Below are positions 60,227-64,000 of a DNA stretch of 64,000 nt, in pieces. The stretch covers positions 42,144,001 to 42,208,000 of the forward strand of contig CP068257.2 in the NCBI GenBank assembly GCA_009914755.4, given 5' to 3'. The first letter of the stretch is position 1, and each line of letters opens with the position of its first letter. The DNA comes from the human T2T-CHM13v2.0 reference genome, Homo sapiens. The notes beneath the pieces were generated by a model, which was given only the letters and a program-made list of their open reading frames with translations, made no database searches and was not told the origin of the DNA. Made by a program: the position numbers and the translations under genes.

Positions 60227-60756
60227 TGAAATACATCCATTCATCTCAGCTGTAAAATAGCGGAATATTTCTTTATTCCTGGGAACATAAGGTATTAGTT
60301 GTATCTTCATCAGCAATTTTGGAAGGAGGGCATGTTGAGGCCTCTGTCAGTGTGAGCTGGCAGAGACAGGGCAATTAGTTGATGTAGCAGTTACCTATGG
60401 CTGTGTAACAAACCACCCCAAAACCGAATGGCTTAGAGGAACCATTATTTAGCTCATGATTCTATGGGCTACAGGTGTGAGGCACGGCACCTCGCCCTGC
60501 ATTCTAGCGGGATCAGCTGGGCTCCGCTAGGCAGTTCTTCCTCTGGTTTTGTCTGAAGTCAGCTGGAGGCCGGTGGCCTCACTCTCGTGCCCGGTGGCTG
60601 GCTGGCAGTCACCTGGTCACAGGGTAGGCTGTGCCTCTCGTCACCCAGCAGGTTAGCCTAGGCTTGTTCACAGGGCGGGATAACAGGGTTTCCAGGACTA
60701 GCAAGAAAACAAGCCCCAATATGCAAGTGCTTTTAAAGCTACTTCTTTCTTTTTAA

Positions 60757-60953
<197 letters not shown>

Positions 60954-62038
60954 TAAACAAGGAGTGGATTATTCACACGTTTTCCAGGGAAAAGGGCAGG
61001 CAACGCTGGAACTGAGGGTTCCTCTTCCTTTCAGACCATGTAGGGTAACCTCTGGACCTTGCTGTGGCATTTGTAAACTGTCATGGTGCTGGTGGGAGTG
61101 TCTTTCATTATAATATATTAGTGTCTAATGTATTATAATTAGTGTATAATGAGCAATGGGGATGACTGGAGGTGACTTTCATTGCCATCTTGGTTTTGAT
61201 GGGTTTTGGCGGGTGTCTTTAGTGTATCCTGTTTTATCAGCAGGGTCTTTGTGACCTGTGTCTTGTGATACCAGTCCTGTTGACCTCCTATCTCGTCCTG
61301 TGGCTAAGAATGCCTGGCCTCCTGGGAATGCAGCAGCCCAGCAGGTCTCAGCCTCGTTTTACCCAGCCCCGATTCAAGATGGAGTTGCTCTGGTTCAAAT
61401 GCCTCTGACAGTAGGAGGAGCTGAAGATTATTGGGGCTATTAGTGCAATGGACCATAGCTGGGAAATGGCAGGGCCGGGGGGCTGTGGAGCTGACATCTG
61501 AGTGTGGGGTGCAGTTATCTGGAAGGCTGCTTTTGAGGAAAGGTGTTAGGAGTGCCCCCACTAGGACACCTGATGGGGACGAGACCACAGGAGGATGGCA
61601 GGAACACGGCTGCAGGAGCTTCAGCCAAGGAGGGAACAGGAACTCCAGCAGGCGCTGGAGCCCTGTGCCCTGTCCAGCATCCTGGAACAGGCGTAGCAAG
61701 GAAGGAAGGGTGTGGCAGGGGTTGAGGTGCCGCCCAGCGCACCAGGGTTTGGAAGGGCACGCCCGCCTGTTTGGGAGCAGACACTTCAGAGGCACTCAAT
61801 AAACACTAGTCCCTGTTTTATTGACTAATGATAGTCAATGTGAAAGGAAAATAAGCCTTGGGACCCCAAAATTACTAAGTTATTTATACTGAAGGGAAAA
61901 ATCAAGCAGGGAACTGCTTAGGGCCAACCTGCCTCCCATTCTATTCAAAGTCATCCCTCCGCTCACTGAGATAAATGCATATCTGATTGCTTCCTTTGGA
62001 AGGCTGATCAGAAACTCAAAAGAATGCAACCATTGGCT

Positions 62039-62335
62039 GGCGCGGTGGCTCACGCCTGTAATCCCAGCACTTTGGGAGGCCGAGGCAGGCGGATCACTTG
62101 AGGTCAGGAGTTCGAGACCAGCCTGGCCAACATGGTGAAACCCCATCTCTACTAAAAATACAAAAATTAGTCGGGTGTGATGGCTCACACCTGTAATCCC
62201 AGCTACTCAGGAGGCTGAGGCAGGAGAATCACTTGAACCCAGGAGGCAGAAGTTGCAGTAAGCTGAGACCACACCACTGTACTCCACCCTGGGTAACAGA
62301 GGGAGACTGCCTCAAAAAATAAATAAATAAATAAC
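62039..62335 (+). mobile_element. Alu SINE with perfect 16-bp TSD agaatgcaaccattgg (62023-62038 and 62336-62351)
   Basis: perfect direct repeats flank the element. Confidence 0.9.
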
Positions 62336-63562
62336 CAGAATGCAACCATTGGTCTCTTATCTACTATGACCTGGAAGACTCTTCCCCACTTCAAGTTGCC
62401 CTCTTTCCAGACCAAACCAATGTCCTCTGTATTAGTCCATTTTCACATTGCTATGAAGACATCATACCCAAGACTGGGTCATTTAGAAAGAAAAGAGATT
62501 TAATTGACTCATAGTTTTGCAGCGCTGGGGAGCTCTCAGGAAACTTACAAATTGTGGTAGAAGGGGAAGTGGCATGTCTTACATGGTGGCAGGCGAGAGA
62601 GTGGTGAGTGAAGGGGGAAAAGCCCTTGATAAAACTATCAGATCTCATGAGAACCCCCCTCACTATCACAAGGACAGCAGGGTGGAACCCCGGGACCCAG
62701 TCACCTCCCACCAGGTCTCGACCTAAACGTGTGGGGATGTGGGGATTGCCATTCAAGATGAGATTTGGGTGGGGACACAAAGCCAAACCATTCGAGATGA
62801 GATTTGGGTGGGGACACAAAGCTCAACCCTATCAACATCTTACATATATTGATCGATGTCTCGTGCCTCCCTAAAATGTATAAAACCAAGCTGTGTGCTG
62901 AGCACCTTGGGCAGAGGTCGCCAGGCCCTCCTGAGGCTGTGTCACAGATGTGCACCTTTAACTTTGGAAAAAATAAACTTCCTAAATTGAGACTTGTCTC
63001 AGATATTTGGGGTTCATATCATAGACCAGGGCAAATGCCTAGTCATGAGCCTGGGTACATGGAAAGAGATGGGGACAGGCCACTCATGAGCAAAGCCAGC
63101 TGGGGCCCCACAAGCATGGGAAGGGAGTGAGGCCCCACCTCATGAGCAGACTCTGCACTCACCCATCCAGGGGGGCTGTTGGAGGTGCAGGCAGTTGGTA
63201 TTGGCAGCCGGGCCACAGGGGAATCGTGCACATCTGAACTGAACCCTCCTCCTCAGGACAGACATTTTTAAATTTCACTTAAACCACGACCTCTTCATTA
63301 TATAGGTTATAAAATAAACTGTTGCCGGGTTTGCTGTGAAATGGCTTGCCTCTCAGCAGGCTGCCTGCTGTGTGTATTAATCAGAGTTCAATTACAGACC
63401 GTCTGGTGTTTGTGCGTGTCCCAGCTGGGCTGGTGCATGCTGTGACAATTGTCCACGCCTGGGGATCTGTCTACTGAATCCCCAAGGAGAAAGCTTCCTT
63501 CGTGGATGGCAGGACCGTTTCCACGCACACAGCCCTGGTCGGGGGAGCTGGAGTTTGCCTAG

Positions 63563-64000
63563 GTCCCTCCGTAGTCACAGTGATAGGTGCCCAGGCCCCT
63601 CCGCAGTCACAGTGATAGGTGCCAGGTCCCTCCGCAGTCACAGTGATAGGTGCCCAGTTCCCTCCGCAGTCACAGTGATAGGTGCCAGGTCCCTCAGTCA
63701 CAGTGATAGGTGCCAGGTCCCTCTGCAGTCACAGTGATGGGTGCCAGGCCCCTCCGCAGTCACCGTGATAGGTGCCCAGTTCCCACCTCAGTCACAGTGA
63801 TAGGTGCCCAGGCCCCTCCGTGGTCAGAGTGACAGGTGCTAGGTCCCTCTGCAGTCACAGTGATAGGTGCTAGGTCCCTCCGCAGTCACAGTGATAGGTG
63901 CTAGGTCCCTCCGCAGTCACAGTGATAGGTGCCCAGGCCCTTCCGCAGTCACAGTGATAGGTGCTAGGTCCCTCCGCAGTCACAGTGATAGGTGCTAGGT
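63563..64000. repeat. minisatellite / VNTR, >=11 copies of a 37-39-bp unit (gtccctccgcagtcacagtgataggtgcYMRGK.), array truncated by the window end
   Basis: highly regular periodicity with point variants; the six-frame ORFs over it (TEGPGTYHCDCGG..) are artefacts. Confidence 0.9.

Noticed and set aside
63471-64000. Regular ~38-bp repeat array that looks CRISPR-like
   Set aside because: There are no unique spacers between the repeats. The units are contiguous with point variants in a human, Alu-rich context. It is a minisatellite, not a CRISPR array.

Overview
This window is human genomic DNA, GC-rich and Alu-dense, and it looks like chr21q22.3. The first ~15.7 kb holds the complete RRP1 (NOP52/NNP-1) gene on the + strand. 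I reconstructed RRP1 by hand from the sequence as 13 coding exons (1386 nt, 461 aa plus stop). All introns are GT-AG, the gene sits on a CpG-island promoter with a perfect CRE palindrome, and a short 3'UTR ends in AATAAA with a GU-rich downstream element. The remaining ~48 kb is downstream non-coding sequence. It carries >50 Alu copies (many with intact target-site duplications), a full-length hominid-specific SVA retrotransposon, and four older L1 fragments. One of those L1 fragments is colonised by ten Alus. There are also several GC-rich minisatellites, including a 38-bp-unit array that runs off the right window edge. I found no CRISPR array, no prokaryotic-type gene system, no tRNA or rRNA, and no second protein-coding gene I can support. 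The long six-frame ORFs outside RRP1 fall in GC-rich, low-complexity or repeat sequence and look like artefacts. Repeat coordinates are hand-estimated and accurate to about ±10 bp. Subfamily assignments (AluY/S, L1M/L1P) are approximate.
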